64,000 bases of DNA, from the sequence record MZ234025.1. One strand, 5' to 3'. Below, piece after piece: positions 32,397-43,118 of this stretch. Made by a program: the position numbers and the translations under genes. This stretch comes from Escherichia phage vB_EcoM-172859UKE1. Position 1 is the stretch's first letter. Each line of letters begins with the position of its first letter. The notes beneath the pieces are model-generated. The model was not told the origin of the DNA. It saw only the letters and a list, made by a program, of their open reading frames with translations, and ran no database searches.

Positions 32397-34484
32397 ATGT
32401 CTGAACAATTAAATGAAGTGTTTGAATCTGAAGGCAGTCTTCCTGTCGTCAATTTGAACCCTAAAGCTAAAGTTCCACAAGTCTGGAAAATTGGTGATAT
32501 CGATACAAATATTGTAGTTCGTTTATTCTCTTACCTTTCCGAAGGCGACGCTGTAAAACAAGTTAAACTTGGCGACAAATACGCTCATGTTGTTATTATG
32601 AGTCTGTCTGAAAAGGGTAATCTCGCTGAATTGAAAAATGGCCTTGGTCCTGCTCCTATTGATGCAATCAACACCATTTTCAATACAGTATATGAACAGG
32701 TTAAAGCTCTTCGTATGGATGCAGTTCTATTCCGATTCCCTACCAAGAAATTGAAAGGACGTGGACAGCAGCTTCAAACTCTTCTTGCTCGTTTAGTTTC
32801 TACTAAAACCGGTGGTCGTTTTAAAGTATTGTCGGCAATGTATCAATTCACAGGTAAACACACCTATGTAATGATGGTTCGTAAAAATGCCAACATTGAA
32901 GATATTAAAGGCATCCCTAACATTAACACAGAGTTATACACGAAAGTAGATTCTGATGTTGGCGAAGTTTATGTGAGTAAAAAGACTGGCGAAAAGGTCA
33001 CCAAAGAAACGGCTATCGCTGGTTCTATTGCTGCTGTAGAAGAAAAACGTAAAGATAAGCCTGTTATTGCTCGTACTAAAATTTCTCGTCGTGCTATTGC
33101 AGCAAGTCAATCTTTAGAAGCTGACCGCCAAGAAGGTGAGTTATTCCAGAAATACGAAAATTCTGCTAAAGAAGTTAGTGGCCCAGCTACAGCCGAATTA
33201 CTTCCTGAAGCATATGAAATCGTACTAGCCCAAGCATCATCCACAGCAAAAGGCACTTTAGTTGCTGATATCGAAAATAAGATTTATAATCGTATTGATG
33301 AATCCTTTAGATTTGCTGATGAAGTTTCTTATGGTAGTGTTATTAAGCCAACTTTAGAAAAGTTTGCTAAGAAAATTAAAACTGAAAAAACAACATCTGT
33401 TAAAGCATTAGCTGCTTTTGTTGAAGCTGCAAACGAAATTGCAGACTCTATTAAAGACGAATGGTTTGAAGATTTTAGACGTGATAATTTCCAACTGGCC
33501 GACGATGTTTTAGCTGAAGTATCTGAAAAAACTTGGAAACAACGTAAATCAGCGTTCTTGTCTAATGTGATGTATACTTATGCACGAGAATCGGCTAGAG
33601 GCACCTTTAATATAACAATGAATCGGGACCCTAAACAATACTCTGTTGCTGAAAAACGAGCTATTCGTGAATATGCCTCTTCTGCGTATACCGATATCAA
33701 TAATATGTTGTTAGGTCGTTATAAACCAGATTTTTACGATGTTGCAGATGAAGATGAAGTTAAACGCGCTATTGATGGTCTTGATTCAGCGGTTTTAAAT
33801 GGAGATCGTTTACCTGAAGGGCTAACGTTATATAGAGCTCAGTCTATCAGAATGCCTATTTACGAAGCAATGGTTAAAAATAAGGTATTCTACTTCAGAA
33901 ACTATGTTTCCACTTCACTAGCTCCTATTATTTTCGGTGGGTTTAAAGAGAACGTTGCCCTTGGACTTGCTCCTGAAGAAGTTCGCAAAGAGCTTAACAT
34001 TGACAATAATGACGAAGGTGTTACTATTTCTCCTAGTCAAGTAAGAACAGCTATGCATGCACCAGAACAAATCCGTGTTAACGTTGGATGGGCTATTGAT
34101 GGCGCCCATAAAGTTAACGTGATTTATCCAGGACAGTTGAGTAATCACCCTAATGAGCAAGAAATTATTTTGCCTAGAGGCATTCTCTTGCAGATAAATA
34201 AAATTACAGATGCGTCATCTGACACTGGTGCAGGTTTAGAATCCAACCTTAAATTTATTCAAGCTGAAGTCATGTCCTCGGACCAGTTGGATGAAGCTGT
34301 CATTTACGATGGTGATGTTCTCATGGAAACAGGCGAGGTGGTTGCTATGACGGGTGAAATTGAATCAGATGAGCCGGTATCGTTCTCCTCATTTGTAGAA
34401 AAAACTAGTGCACCTAAAGGTTTGAAATTGTTAGCATCTTTAATGGATTTAGAATCAGTTCCGTTTAAATTTGTCCAAGGATAG
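32397..34484 (+). CDS. alt: ADP-ribosyltransferase Alt-like (virion-packaged)
   Basis: 695 aa; C-terminal R-S-ExE ART motifs (LYRAQS, YVSTSLAP, NEQEI); position between ligase and gene 54. Confidence 0.8.
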   Translation: MSEQLNEVFESEGSLPVVNLNPKAKVPQVWKIGDIDTNIVVRLFSYLSEGDAVKQVKLGDKYAHVVIMSLSEKGNLAELKNGLGPAPIDAINTIFNTVYEQVKALRMDAVLFRFPTKKLKGRGQQLQTLLARLVSTKTGGRFKVLSAMYQFTGKHTYVMMVRKNANIEDIKGIPNINTELYTKVDSDVGEVYVSKKTGEKVTKETAIAGSIAAVEEKRKDKPVIARTKISRRAIAASQSLEADRQEGELFQKYENSAKEVSGPATAELLPEAYEIVLAQASSTAKGTLVADIENKIYNRIDESFRFADEVSYGSVIKPTLEKFAKKIKTEKTTSVKALAAFVEAANEIADSIKDEWFEDFRRDNFQLADDVLAEVSEKTWKQRKSAFLSNVMYTYARESARGTFNITMNRDPKQYSVAEKRAIREYASSAYTDINNMLLGRYKPDFYDVADEDEVKRAIDGLDSAVLNGDRLPEGLTLYRAQSIRMPIYEAMVKNKVFYFRNYVSTSLAPIIFGGFKENVALGLAPEEVRKELNIDNNDEGVTISPSQVRTAMHAPEQIRVNVGWAIDGAHKVNVIYPGQLSNHPNEQEIILPRGILLQINKITDASSDTGAGLESNLKFIQAEVMSSDQLDEAVIYDGDVLMETGEVVAMTGEIESDEPVSFSSFVEKTSAPKGLKLLASLMDLESVPFKFVQG

Positions 34485-34513
34485 TTTACAAACACATGGA
34501 TGTGTGATACTAT
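34484..34513 (+). promoter_or_regulatory. T4-type early promoter
   Basis: GTTTAC, 18-nt spacer, TACTAT; sits at the 3-prime end of alt. Confidence 0.65.
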
Positions 34514-34542
34514 CATCCCATCAACAACATGAGGAAAACGTT

Positions 34543-34836
34543 ATGAAATCTATGCTTCGCTTTAATGGTCAAGAACTAGTAGTTGAAGATGCTATCCCAG
34601 CGGATGATGTTTTTAACGAAGCTGTGATTGACGAATTGAATCGAGTATTCCCAGGTGCATTCCATATTGCTATGGAACCTCTTAAAAACTTTCGTGACCC
34701 TGAGCACACTGATCAAATTTTTATCGGTGTAGTGACAGGTCATTTAGAAACAGAGGTACCAATGGTCGTATTAGTTAAATACTCTAAAGATGATACTCCA
34801 TTCCGAGCACCAGCATTCCTTTCATTCCGTAAATAA
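34543..34836 (+). CDS. hypothetical protein
   Basis: 97 aa from ATG 34543 with GAGGAAAA SD and early promoter; bidirectional terminator downstream. Confidence 0.45.
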   Translation: MKSMLRFNGQELVVEDAIPADDVFNEAVIDELNRVFPGAFHIAMEPLKNFRDPEHTDQIFIGVVTGHLETEVPMVVLVKYSKDDTPFRAPAFLSFRK

Positions 34837-34845
34837 ACCCCTAAA

Positions 34846-34869
34846 GGGAGACGTTGTCTCCCTTTTTTT
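34846..34869. terminator. bidirectional terminator between the alt-distal ORF and gene 54
   Basis: GGGAGAC-GTT-GTCTCCC then T7; convergent genes on both sides. Confidence 0.7.
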
Positions 34870-34871
34870 CC

Positions 34872-35834
34872 TTATAGTCCTAAAACTCTTGACGCAGAAT
34901 TCACCACACCTGTCAATGTGTTTATATTAGACACACCTCCAGCAGTCCCACCTAATCTAGAAAGTCTTGATACTGCACTTCCTAGACCAGAATCATTCTG
35001 ATTATTTCCAAACATTCCTGAAACACTACTAATAAGTCCTGATTCCAGCCATTCTAAAGCAGCCTGTCTATTTACAGCACCTGATTGCATAACGCGATAA
35101 GCAAATGTTACATCAAAAACTGTTATCTGATTATCACCATCATACGTTAACTCAGGAGAAGAGACACTAACAGGAATACATCCGGTGAACATGACAGCGG
35201 TATGTGGTAAACCATTTCGTGCATGTAAATTAACCTGAATATCTGCTTCGACATCTTGTGGTAAAGCACGAAGACCTGTTACAGGGTCTTGGACCGAGTT
35301 TACCCAGTCTTGCATTGCTCTAAAGTTAGATGCTTCGGAATCCATTCTAAAGCTTATTACTAATGGGTCCATTTCTCGGCCGGTAATTCGGATGTTCGGT
35401 GAGTTATAGTTGAAATCCGTTTCATAAGATAATCGGTTCTCAGGCATTTTTACAGAATAAATCATTAAACCTGTATTATTATATGCCATATTGAAGAAAT
35501 CTATCAGATAAGATCCTACTGTGAACTCACCTAACAAGCTTTGTACCGTACGTTGACTCATTGCTCCAATCAGATATTTACTTATACCTGATTTTCGAAT
35601 TAATTTCTGTGTTCCTGCTGTAATCAGGGTTGTTACGCCCTGATTGATATCACCTTGAGTCAATCCTAGCCAATCGGAATCCAACCCTAAGTTATTATAA
35701 GCAAAACTACCAATTGACGAAATTAGTGAAGATGATTTGGTCGATGGCGTAGTAGCAAATACACAACTAAACATATTGTTTCGTTGGAAATCTGCATTTA
35801 TAGCTTGGTTATTAAATTCTTCTAAAGAGTACAT
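34872..35834 (-). CDS. 54: baseplate tail tube initiator gp54
   Basis: 320 aa, same as T4 gp54; synteny. Confidence 0.88.
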   Translation of the reverse strand: MYSLEEFNNQAINADFQRNNMFSCVFATTPSTKSSSLISSIGSFAYNNLGLDSDWLGLTQGDINQGVTTLITAGTQKLIRKSGISKYLIGAMSQRTVQSLLGEFTVGSYLIDFFNMAYNNTGLMIYSVKMPENRLSYETDFNYNSPNIRITGREMDPLVISFRMDSEASNFRAMQDWVNSVQDPVTGLRALPQDVEADIQVNLHARNGLPHTAVMFTGCIPVSVSSPELTYDGDNQITVFDVTFAYRVMQSGAVNRQAALEWLESGLISSVSGMFGNNQNDSGLGSAVSRLSRLGGTAGGVSNINTLTGVVNSASRVLGL

Positions 35835-36943
35835 TAGAAAGTCCCCGCATAAAGTGAAGAACGGTTTAATGTAATAATTTCTCGCATTGTTATCTCTAAC
35901 GTAAATGTTGATGGTAAGTTAGGAGCAACAGCGAGACCATTAAATTGTCCATTTGGAGTTTTATCAAAACGTACGCTTTGAATTTGACATGGGCCAAATA
36001 CATCAGTTAACCCGTCAAATTTAGACGTGTGTCCAAAGTTTTTAACCATCCAAATTGTAGGGTTGCTTACAACTAATACATTTGTTAATGACGCAGTAAT
36101 CTTTTCAAACAATGTCTTATTTTTTACTGCATCGTCTGGTGTCATAGGCTCAATAAACGTTGAACGGTACCATTCGTCTAAATAACTTTTAATCTCTTGG
36201 GCGTATTGTGATTTACCTGTCTCACCATATGAGAAATAGTTAAAATATTGGTAAATGTTTATAATAGCCATAAGGTCTTCAGTTGAACGTGGAGTTAAAT
36301 CCCATGTAAAGACTTTAGTACGGTTCTCAGCACCGCCATACATACTACGAGAAGTCGTATAAATCTGTTCGTTATTATCAGCCATAAGCCCTTGAGTAAT
36401 AGAATCTAATGCACCAAAAACTGCAGTAGAAGCAATGTTACTTAAAACACCCGTAGCAGTACCTCCACCTTTAGTAATAAGGCTATCACCGATATCATTA
36501 AAACGATGTGAAGTTGTATCAACGTCAGATTTGGAACGTGGCAAAAGTATATTAGCAACAGGAGTTTTATTTATAGTAGATTTATTAGCTCCAGCAGGAA
36601 GCAATCCATTTGAGAATTTAGTCACTGCATCTTTCACATTATCAGTTAAATCTGATATGATACCATTAGATGAAGTCCCGGCGTATGCCGGACGTAAATT
36701 CCTGAGGGATCCTGAATCGCGTGCAGACATATTGTACGCAGTAAATAATAATCCATTCTTATAAAGGTCTGTTACCTGGAAGTCTCCTGTGGAGTCATTT
36801 CCGGCTGCTCTTCCTGTAGGAAATTGAGCAACATAAGTTTTAGTAGTTGTTTCGGTTTTAGTGCTTTGCCCAGCACTTTCTGAGACTGGTATCGCTTTAT
36901 TTAAATCCTTTGCATCTACTACTATTTCTTTTACACTAATCAT
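35834..36943 (-). CDS. 48: baseplate tail tube cap gp48
   Basis: 369 aa, synteny 29-48-54. Confidence 0.87.
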   Translation of the reverse strand: MISVKEIVVDAKDLNKAIPVSESAGQSTKTETTTKTYVAQFPTGRAAGNDSTGDFQVTDLYKNGLLFTAYNMSARDSGSLRNLRPAYAGTSSNGIISDLTDNVKDAVTKFSNGLLPAGANKSTINKTPVANILLPRSKSDVDTTSHRFNDIGDSLITKGGGTATGVLSNIASTAVFGALDSITQGLMADNNEQIYTTSRSMYGGAENRTKVFTWDLTPRSTEDLMAIINIYQYFNYFSYGETGKSQYAQEIKSYLDEWYRSTFIEPMTPDDAVKNKTLFEKITASLTNVLVVSNPTIWMVKNFGHTSKFDGLTDVFGPCQIQSVRFDKTPNGQFNGLAVAPNLPSTFTLEITMREIITLNRSSLYAGTF

Positions 36944-36951
36944 AATAATCC

Positions 36952-38724
36952 TTAATTAACACCGGTGGCATGGAAAATTCCAGGAGCCGTTGTACTTGTT
37001 ACAGGGGTCATATTCTGGACTACGGTATTCTTTTTGACGACATTATTTGTGTTACTAATCGCCGCTACCGGTTGCTGTTGTTTAGATTCAGAAGCACGTC
37101 CTTTCTCTATTGACTGAACTTGTTTTGCTTCCGGAGATTTAGACGAAGATTCAGGCTTAACTGTTGTCTGAGCCTTTTTGGCTTCAGCCATTTTATTATT
37201 TAGCTTTTCAAATCTAGCATCTAATTCCTTTTTAACAACAGGAGTTTTATTAAGTTCAGGGTCTTTAATAAGTTTACTTAAATCAGCATAAGACTTCTCG
37301 ACGTTTTTAGCATTTTCCGGATTAGTCATATCGATTTTATCGATATAATCCTCAAATCTAACGAGTGCCGCACGAGTTTCATTAGCTTTTATATACGCCT
37401 CTTTACGCTCCTCTTCAGGTAACTCTTTTAATTTTGCCGATTCCGCAGCACGCTCATCGCTTGTACTAAACTCTTCTTTATTGTCATTACCACGAACCCA
37501 GTTAGTAACGAATGTTTTGCCACGTTGTAACATATCAAGACCTTTAGAAACGGTTCCTAATTCCCCATCGTCACGCTTCATTTGATATTTAGCGACTTTC
37601 TCTTGGTCTTCTTTCTTTAATTTGTTCCCAGTAGTTTCTTGGAATCCTTCCAAAGCACGTCCTTCTATTTCGTCCGCGGTATCACCAAAACCTATAGCAC
37701 GCAATATAGACGCGGAGAGTTTAGCCATTCCTAATTGAATTAGTTCACCTAAGTTCATTAATGCTGTTCCTACACCTTTGACAATAGCAACGGTTAAACC
37801 ACCCCAGTCTCCAGCTTCCCACAATTGTTTTATCGAGTCAATAGAAGTGAATATATCACTTAAGAATTTACCCCACTCTTTAGCTTCATCGGAGAATTTA
37901 GTAAAGTTTTCATCAAATAAATCCCAGGCAGAAGTGAACTTGTCTGTCCAATATTTGAAATGGACTATCAATAAATCAATACCGATAACAATACCAAGAA
38001 TAAGTGCGGCCATTTTTGCTGCTTCAATAGCAGCCGTTATAGTGTATTTGAAAAGCATTCCAGCAATTCTGTCTGAAATTGATATTGATTTATTAAACCC
38101 GGCTTGAACTGTTTTGGTGAGCATTGCAATTTTATCGCTCAATTTAAAGCTAATTCCGCCTTTAGAATCGGAAGTAGAATTAGCACTTTCTTGAACCGGG
38201 GCCGGGAAGAAATCTTCGTCTGGCTTATTATCAATCTTTTCAGGTGTAGGGAATGCTTTAAACAACTCATCAGAAGTTTCATTCTCAACCACTTTAACAG
38301 GTATTGCGTTCTCAATTACTTCAAGAGAGGTGCCTCCTGTATTTTGAATAGCGGTAGATGTTTGTAATTTTTGCTCTAATAATGTAGCTAATCGGTCTAA
38401 CTTAGAGCTTATTGCACTAGAAACTTCGTTTATACTTTTAGTGACTTCAGTTTGTTTTTCAATAACTTCTGCGATAAGCTCTGTGCCTTCAGCAGTATTA
38501 TCTGTCGAATTCTTTAAGTCTCCAATTGATTCAATAATTCCATTGCCTTTATCTTCTACACTTTGTGATGTGAGTTCAGACGCGGCTTGGACATCGTCTA
38601 GTTTTGATGAAATGTCATTCAATGCTTCTAATGAATCGGTAGCTGCTGTTGCAGCTACTTTTTGTGGTTTATTATCGGCAATGACCTTATTTCTACGCAT
38701 GGATTTCATTTCTTCAGGTTTCAT
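36952..38724 (-). CDS. 29: tail length determinator / baseplate hub gp29
   Basis: 590 aa, same as T4 gp29; synteny. Confidence 0.88.
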   Translation of the reverse strand: MKPEEMKSMRRNKVIADNKPQKVAATAATDSLEALNDISSKLDDVQAASELTSQSVEDKGNGIIESIGDLKNSTDNTAEGTELIAEVIEKQTEVTKSINEVSSAISSKLDRLATLLEQKLQTSTAIQNTGGTSLEVIENAIPVKVVENETSDELFKAFPTPEKIDNKPDEDFFPAPVQESANSTSDSKGGISFKLSDKIAMLTKTVQAGFNKSISISDRIAGMLFKYTITAAIEAAKMAALILGIVIGIDLLIVHFKYWTDKFTSAWDLFDENFTKFSDEAKEWGKFLSDIFTSIDSIKQLWEAGDWGGLTVAIVKGVGTALMNLGELIQLGMAKLSASILRAIGFGDTADEIEGRALEGFQETTGNKLKKEDQEKVAKYQMKRDDGELGTVSKGLDMLQRGKTFVTNWVRGNDNKEEFSTSDERAAESAKLKELPEEERKEAYIKANETRAALVRFEDYIDKIDMTNPENAKNVEKSYADLSKLIKDPELNKTPVVKKELDARFEKLNNKMAEAKKAQTTVKPESSSKSPEAKQVQSIEKGRASESKQQQPVAAISNTNNVVKKNTVVQNMTPVTSTTAPGIFHATGVN

Positions 38725-39254
38725 TCAAGCAATCCAATAATTTCTGCTATACCCTTAATAGGGCCATTAGGGCCCGGAATAGCAATAGTTGTCGAAAGGT
38801 CTTCTGCCCATTTGATTACAAAAGCAGGCATCTCAAGGAAAGAAATTTCTTTCTCTTCGTCATTAACTTTTATTAAGCAATTTGATAGCATTTCACTGAT
38901 TGTAGCGAATTGTTCAAATTTGCCTGGGGGTCTAAAATAAAAAGTATTACCTTGAAATTGGAATTCTGTTCGTTGGCATACATAGACGTCATCTAGTTTA
39001 TAAGTGAATCCATCTTTTTCAACTTCAGACTTAAGTTTATTATTAAATTCCAATATGTGTAGACATGCAAAATCAAAATCTGCGGGACTCATATTTTTAC
39101 AAATAGAATCAGCTAAGATTTTCATGTTTTCGTCAGGACCTTTAACGTCCTTTAAAAGATTATAATGTTTGAGCCCTAATTTAGGAATCATTACCTTTTT
39201 ATTAGACTGTGGTAGAATTATTTTCTTTAGAGGTAGAATCAGATTTAAGTTCAT
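38721..39254 (-). CDS. 28: baseplate distal hub subunit gp28
   Basis: 177 aa, same as T4 gp28. Confidence 0.85.
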   Translation of the reverse strand: MNLNLILPLKKIILPQSNKKVMIPKLGLKHYNLLKDVKGPDENMKILADSICKNMSPADFDFACLHILEFNNKLKSEVEKDGFTYKLDDVYVCQRTEFQFQGNTFYFRPPGKFEQFATISEMLSNCLIKVNDEEKEISFLEMPAFVIKWAEDLSTTIAIPGPNGPIKGIAEIIGLLE

Positions 39255-40374
39255 TTTTAACCTTAACTGGGTTAACAGGTTCTAACACCATTGAGTTGGT
39301 AAACATGTACAGATGAGTTTGTGAGTTGTTATTTGATAACTCATGAATAACTTCATCGACGTAAAATTCGGATTTGAATTGGTTCTTTTGGTCAACAAAT
39401 ATAATTTTAGTAGCAGGCGTTATGTTAAAATTACCTGTAGTAGTGCATTTAGCATATCCGTCATATTGGGCCATTGTCTGAAGACGACTTGCTTCTTCAA
39501 ATCCATTACGATAGGTCATTTCGGAATATCCACCGGATCTTGACACAAGAATAGCATTATCACCATCGCCTGTAACAATAACCGGAATAGATGTATCTAA
39601 AAATGAATGGGCGAATATCGTGGCGTTTTTAATAGGGTCTCTTGTAAATTGGTTAGCTTTAGTCATCCAGGTGAAATCCCATACTAATGGATACTCAAGC
39701 TCTTGAATATACTGACCTACGGTATTTGGCTCGCCTACAACCATCTTAATGCCTTCTTGACCAATAAGAGTATCGTAGTCAATCATGTTTACGCCTAAAA
39801 TATCTTGCCATACGAATACGAACTTATCACTCGCTGTAGCAAGTCCTAATTCTCTGACATATGCCAAATAATCATCAAATGTGCTTGTCCAAGGAATATC
39901 AGGAACATAAGCATTAATAGTGTTTATTGGCGGAGTAATTAACGTACGGTCTTTATATATGACACCTAACATTTCACGTATAGATTCTCCTGCGTCTGGG
40001 AAGAATGGTCGCCCAAATTTAAGGTTCTCTATAGAATGTATTGTTCCAAGCTCAATTGCAATAATATTGTCACCTTTTGAGTCCACAGACACAGAATAAT
40101 GTCTACATCCGTAAATTCGAGTTCTAACTTGGAGAGGTGTGTTTGAATTTGAAACAGAGATTTGGACTATCTGTCTACCATCCATTTTAGTGTGGATGTT
40201 TTTAGTGTCATAAAATTGAAGAATCCCTTCATTTCTTCCATATAACGAATCTCGCATGGTTAAAGTTGTTATTGTTGCCGCGAGTTCAACGTATCTATTT
40301 TCTTGCCAAGCTGAATAATCTTGGTATAATTTAACGCTTAAGTTAGGATATCCTGGACGTTGGAATACTGTCAT
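39202..40374 (-). CDS. 27: baseplate hub subunit gp27
   Basis: 390 aa (T4 gp27 391), synteny. Confidence 0.88.
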   Translation of the reverse strand: MTVFQRPGYPNLSVKLYQDYSAWQENRYVELAATITTLTMRDSLYGRNEGILQFYDTKNIHTKMDGRQIVQISVSNSNTPLQVRTRIYGCRHYSVSVDSKGDNIIAIELGTIHSIENLKFGRPFFPDAGESIREMLGVIYKDRTLITPPINTINAYVPDIPWTSTFDDYLAYVRELGLATASDKFVFVWQDILGVNMIDYDTLIGQEGIKMVVGEPNTVGQYIQELEYPLVWDFTWMTKANQFTRDPIKNATIFAHSFLDTSIPVIVTGDGDNAILVSRSGGYSEMTYRNGFEEASRLQTMAQYDGYAKCTTTGNFNITPATKIIFVDQKNQFKSEFYVDEVIHELSNNNSQTHLYMFTNSMVLEPVNPVKVKNELKSDSTSKENNSTTV

Positions 40375-41123
40375 TTTTTATGGTCCTTTTCTACTAATGT
40401 TAAAGCAATACCACGTTCAACAGGAATCATTTGCATAATAGAATCCAATGTGTATTGACTCTTTACTAGTGAATGGTTTATCTGATAGAATGTAAAAATC
40501 TCATCAGGGTTAACTAACAATTTAAAAACCTCTAAGATATCAGTATATGTTTTAACATGACGTTCACAACAACCTAATCTAAGGGTCAAATTAATAGGGT
40601 TCATAGAAGCAATAACCTTCTCGAGCGAGTCAATGTCTATTGCTTCTATTACTTGGATTTGGTTCTCTTCAGTCAAATCATTCCATGGGTACCATTCATC
40701 ATTATAATATATTTCTTTTATGTTTTCACTTATCATTAATGCCTTGTTGTCATAAAACTTTTCAGGGAAAGAAAAACGTATTTTTATACCAGCAACATCA
40801 AGTTCAGGTTCGACTAGTTCTTTTTGATATATCTCAAATGGTGCAGTTTTTTCTTTAGAGCATTTAGGGCAAGTGAAAATAACGGGAACTTTTGTTTTGC
40901 CTATAGAGCCTGCAAAAACTTGCAGGAATATAAATGGTTGCCATGTTTTAGGGTACTCGCCAAAATAATCATCAATCAGATCGGCAATTATTTCTTTTTG
41001 TTCTTGCGGCGAACGATGTTCGATATCATTTCTAACTAGTAAAAAGTCTCTATAATCCGCCACAGTGAACGGCTTAAAACGATGAACACCATCCGGTAAT
41101 TTACAACGAATTATATTAGCCAT
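40371..41123 (-). CDS. 51: baseplate hub assembly catalyst gp51
   Basis: 250 aa, divergent from gene 26 as in T4. Confidence 0.85.
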   Translation of the reverse strand: MANIIRCKLPDGVHRFKPFTVADYRDFLLVRNDIEHRSPQEQKEIIADLIDDYFGEYPKTWQPFIFLQVFAGSIGKTKVPVIFTCPKCSKEKTAPFEIYQKELVEPELDVAGIKIRFSFPEKFYDNKALMISENIKEIYYNDEWYPWNDLTEENQIQVIEAIDIDSLEKVIASMNPINLTLRLGCCERHVKTYTDILEVFKLLVNPDEIFTFYQINHSLVKSQYTLDSIMQMIPVERGIALTLVEKDHKK

Positions 41124-41140
41124 AATTACTCCTTTTCTAT

Positions 41141-41148
41141 TATTTATA
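41141..41148 (-). promoter_or_regulatory. late promoter TATAAATA (gene 51)
   Basis: exact match on minus strand; shares bases with plus-strand promoter of gene 26. Confidence 0.7.
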
Positions 41149-41152
41149 AATA
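41145..41152 (+). promoter_or_regulatory. late promoter TATAAATA (gene 26)
   Basis: exact match 18 nt upstream of gene 26 ATG. Confidence 0.7.
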
Positions 41153-41170
41153 CACAATAAAGGAGTTAAC

Positions 41171-41797
41171 ATGTACAAATATACGTTTACCGTACGTTTA
41201 GGCGATAAAGAAGTGAATTGTAGAGCCTTTACTTTAAAAGAATATTTAGGACTCATAGGTGCGCGGGCTACCGGTACTATTGAATCAGCAGTGAACAATA
41301 TTATCACTAATTGCTCTAACGCTAAAAACTTGACTAAACAAGAAGCCGAGTTATTGTTGGTAAATCTGTGGGCACATTCGTTAGGTGAAGTGAATCAAGA
41401 ACACACCTGGAATTGTTCCTGTGGGCATTCATTTCAAGTCTATATGAATTTATTGCACACTCAATTAGATGAACAGGCCGATCCCTGGTATTCGTTTAGT
41501 GGTATTAAAATTAAGTTCCGTCAACCTAAATTATTTGATGATAAAAATATCGCATTAATGATTGCTTCATGTATTGAGGCTGTTTTTGTCAATGGAGAGT
41601 CCATCCCTGTTGAAGATTTAACTGAAGCAGAAATAAACGACCTTTACGGCCTTATAACAGAAGATGACATGATCAATATTAAAAATCTTTTGGTATCACC
41701 ATCAATTTATCTGGCAACCCCTATTAAATGTCCCAAATGCGGGGCGTCACACGTTCACACAATACGAGGCCTCAAAGAATTCTTTGAGTTACTATAA
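41171..41797 (+). CDS. 26: baseplate hub subunit gp26
   Basis: 208 aa, AGGAG SD, late promoter upstream. Confidence 0.85.
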   Translation: MYKYTFTVRLGDKEVNCRAFTLKEYLGLIGARATGTIESAVNNIITNCSNAKNLTKQEAELLLVNLWAHSLGEVNQEHTWNCSCGHSFQVYMNLLHTQLDEQADPWYSFSGIKIKFRQPKLFDDKNIALMIASCIEAVFVNGESIPVEDLTEAEINDLYGLITEDDMINIKNLLVSPSIYLATPIKCPKCGASHVHTIRGLKEFFELL

Positions 41798-42195
41798 TGT
41801 CTAATATCAATAAACTTTATTCAGATATCGATCCAGAAATGCGTATGGATTGGAACAAGGACGTTGCTCGTTCTGTAGGACTTCGTTCTATTAAAAATAG
41901 TCTTCTTGGCATAGTGACAACTAGAAAAGGCTCACGCCCCTTCGACCCTGAATTTGGATGCGATTTGGTCGACGAACTTTTCGAGAACATGACACCGCTT
42001 ACAGCCGATACGATTGAGCGTAATATCCAGGCAGCCGTCCGTAACTATGAGCCGCGCATCGACAAACTTTCTGTAAGTGTAACGCCAGTATATGATGACT
42101 ATACAGTTATAGTAGAGATTAGATTTTCGGTCGTAGATAATCCTGATGATATCGAACAAATCAAACTTCAGTTAGCATCAAGCAATAGAGTGTAA
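41797..42195 (+). CDS. 25: baseplate wedge subunit gp25
   Basis: 132 aa, same as T4 gp25. Confidence 0.9.
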   Translation: MSNINKLYSDIDPEMRMDWNKDVARSVGLRSIKNSLLGIVTTRKGSRPFDPEFGCDLVDELFENMTPLTADTIERNIQAAVRNYEPRIDKLSVSVTPVYDDYTVIVEIRFSVVDNPDDIEQIKLQLASSNRV

Positions 42196-42220
42196 TGCTT
42201 CAAGGCAACCTATGTATAAT
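42196..42220 (+). promoter_or_regulatory. MotA-dependent middle promoter (uvsY)
   Basis: TGCTTCA 42196-42202, 12-nt spacer, TATAAT 42215-42220. Confidence 0.65.
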
Positions 42221-42275
42221 GGTTTTAGGTCCTTCCGATACAGCCGGGAGATTATTAGTTAAAAGAGAGAATATT

Positions 42276-42689
42276 ATGAAGCTGGAAGATTTACAGGAAG
42301 AGTTAGACGCAGACTTAGCTATTGATACGACAAAGTTGCAATATGAGACGGCGAATAATGTTAAGTTATACAGCAAATGGCTACGTAAGCACTCATTTAT
42401 TCGTAAAGAAATGTTGCGTATAGAGACTCAGAAGAAAACTGCTCTAAAAGCAAGATTAGACTACTACTCGGGACGAGGTGACGGTGATGAATTCAGTATG
42501 GACCGATACGAGAAATCTGAAATGAAAACTGTCCTGGCTGCAGATAAAGATGTGCTTAAAATAGAGACTACTTTACAATACTGGGGAATTTTACTTGAGT
42601 TCTGTAGTGGTGCACTTGACGCAGTTAAATCTCGTAGTTTTGCACTTAAACATATCCAGGATATGCGAGAATTTGAAGCGGGGCAATAA
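42276..42689 (+). CDS. uvsY: recombination mediator UvsY
   Basis: 137 aa from ATG 42276 (MKLEDLQEEL...), matches T4 UvsY; MotA middle promoter upstream; track start 42195 is an upstream in-frame ATG. Confidence 0.95.
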   Translation: MKLEDLQEELDADLAIDTTKLQYETANNVKLYSKWLRKHSFIRKEMLRIETQKKTALKARLDYYSGRGDGDEFSMDRYEKSEMKTVLAADKDVLKIETTLQYWGILLEFCSGALDAVKSRSFALKHIQDMREFEAGQ

Positions 42690-42913
42690 TGCGTTATTCA
42701 ATTGAAGATGCCTTTAATAATGATGAAGAATTTGAAACTGAAATTAAATTCTTAATGGAAAAGTATCGTCTACGTCGTCAGGATATTCGTATCCTGGCAG
42801 ACCACCCGTGTGGTGAAGACGTCCTTTATATTAAAGGAAAATTTGCCGGATATCTTGATGAATATTTTTATTCTAAAGATATGGGCATTGATATGCATAT
42901 GAGAGTTGTATAA
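42689..42913 (+). CDS. hypothetical protein (uvsY.-1 position)
   Basis: 74-aa ORF coupled to uvsY stop. Confidence 0.5.
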   Translation: MRYSIEDAFNNDEEFETEIKFLMEKYRLRRQDIRILADHPCGEDVLYIKGKFAGYLDEYFYSKDMGIDMHMRVV

Positions 42914-42916
42914 ATA
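42909..42916 (+). promoter_or_regulatory. late promoter TATAAATA (55-aa uvsY.-2-position ORF)
   Basis: exact match ~30 nt upstream of ATG 42946. Confidence 0.5.
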
Positions 42917-42945
42917 GATATGTAATTTCAACTTAGGAGGCAATC

Positions 42946-43113
42946 ATGTCAGATAAGATTTGTGTTGTCTGTAAAACTCCAATCGATTCTGCATTGGTTG
43001 TTGAAACAGACAAAGGACCAGCACATCCTGGTCCTTGTTATAATTATGTCCAACAATTGCCGGTTTCAGAAAGTTCAGAAGAGCAATTGAACGAAACCCA
43101 ACTTTTACTATAG
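42946..43113 (+). CDS. small Cys-containing protein (uvsY.-2 position), 55 aa
   Basis: Not in track; AGGAGG SD; CxxC...C pattern (CVVCKTP...PGPCYNY). Confidence 0.4.
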   Translation: MSDKICVVCKTPIDSALVVETDKGPAHPGPCYNYVQQLPVSESSEEQLNETQLLL

Positions 43114-43118
43114 TGTTA

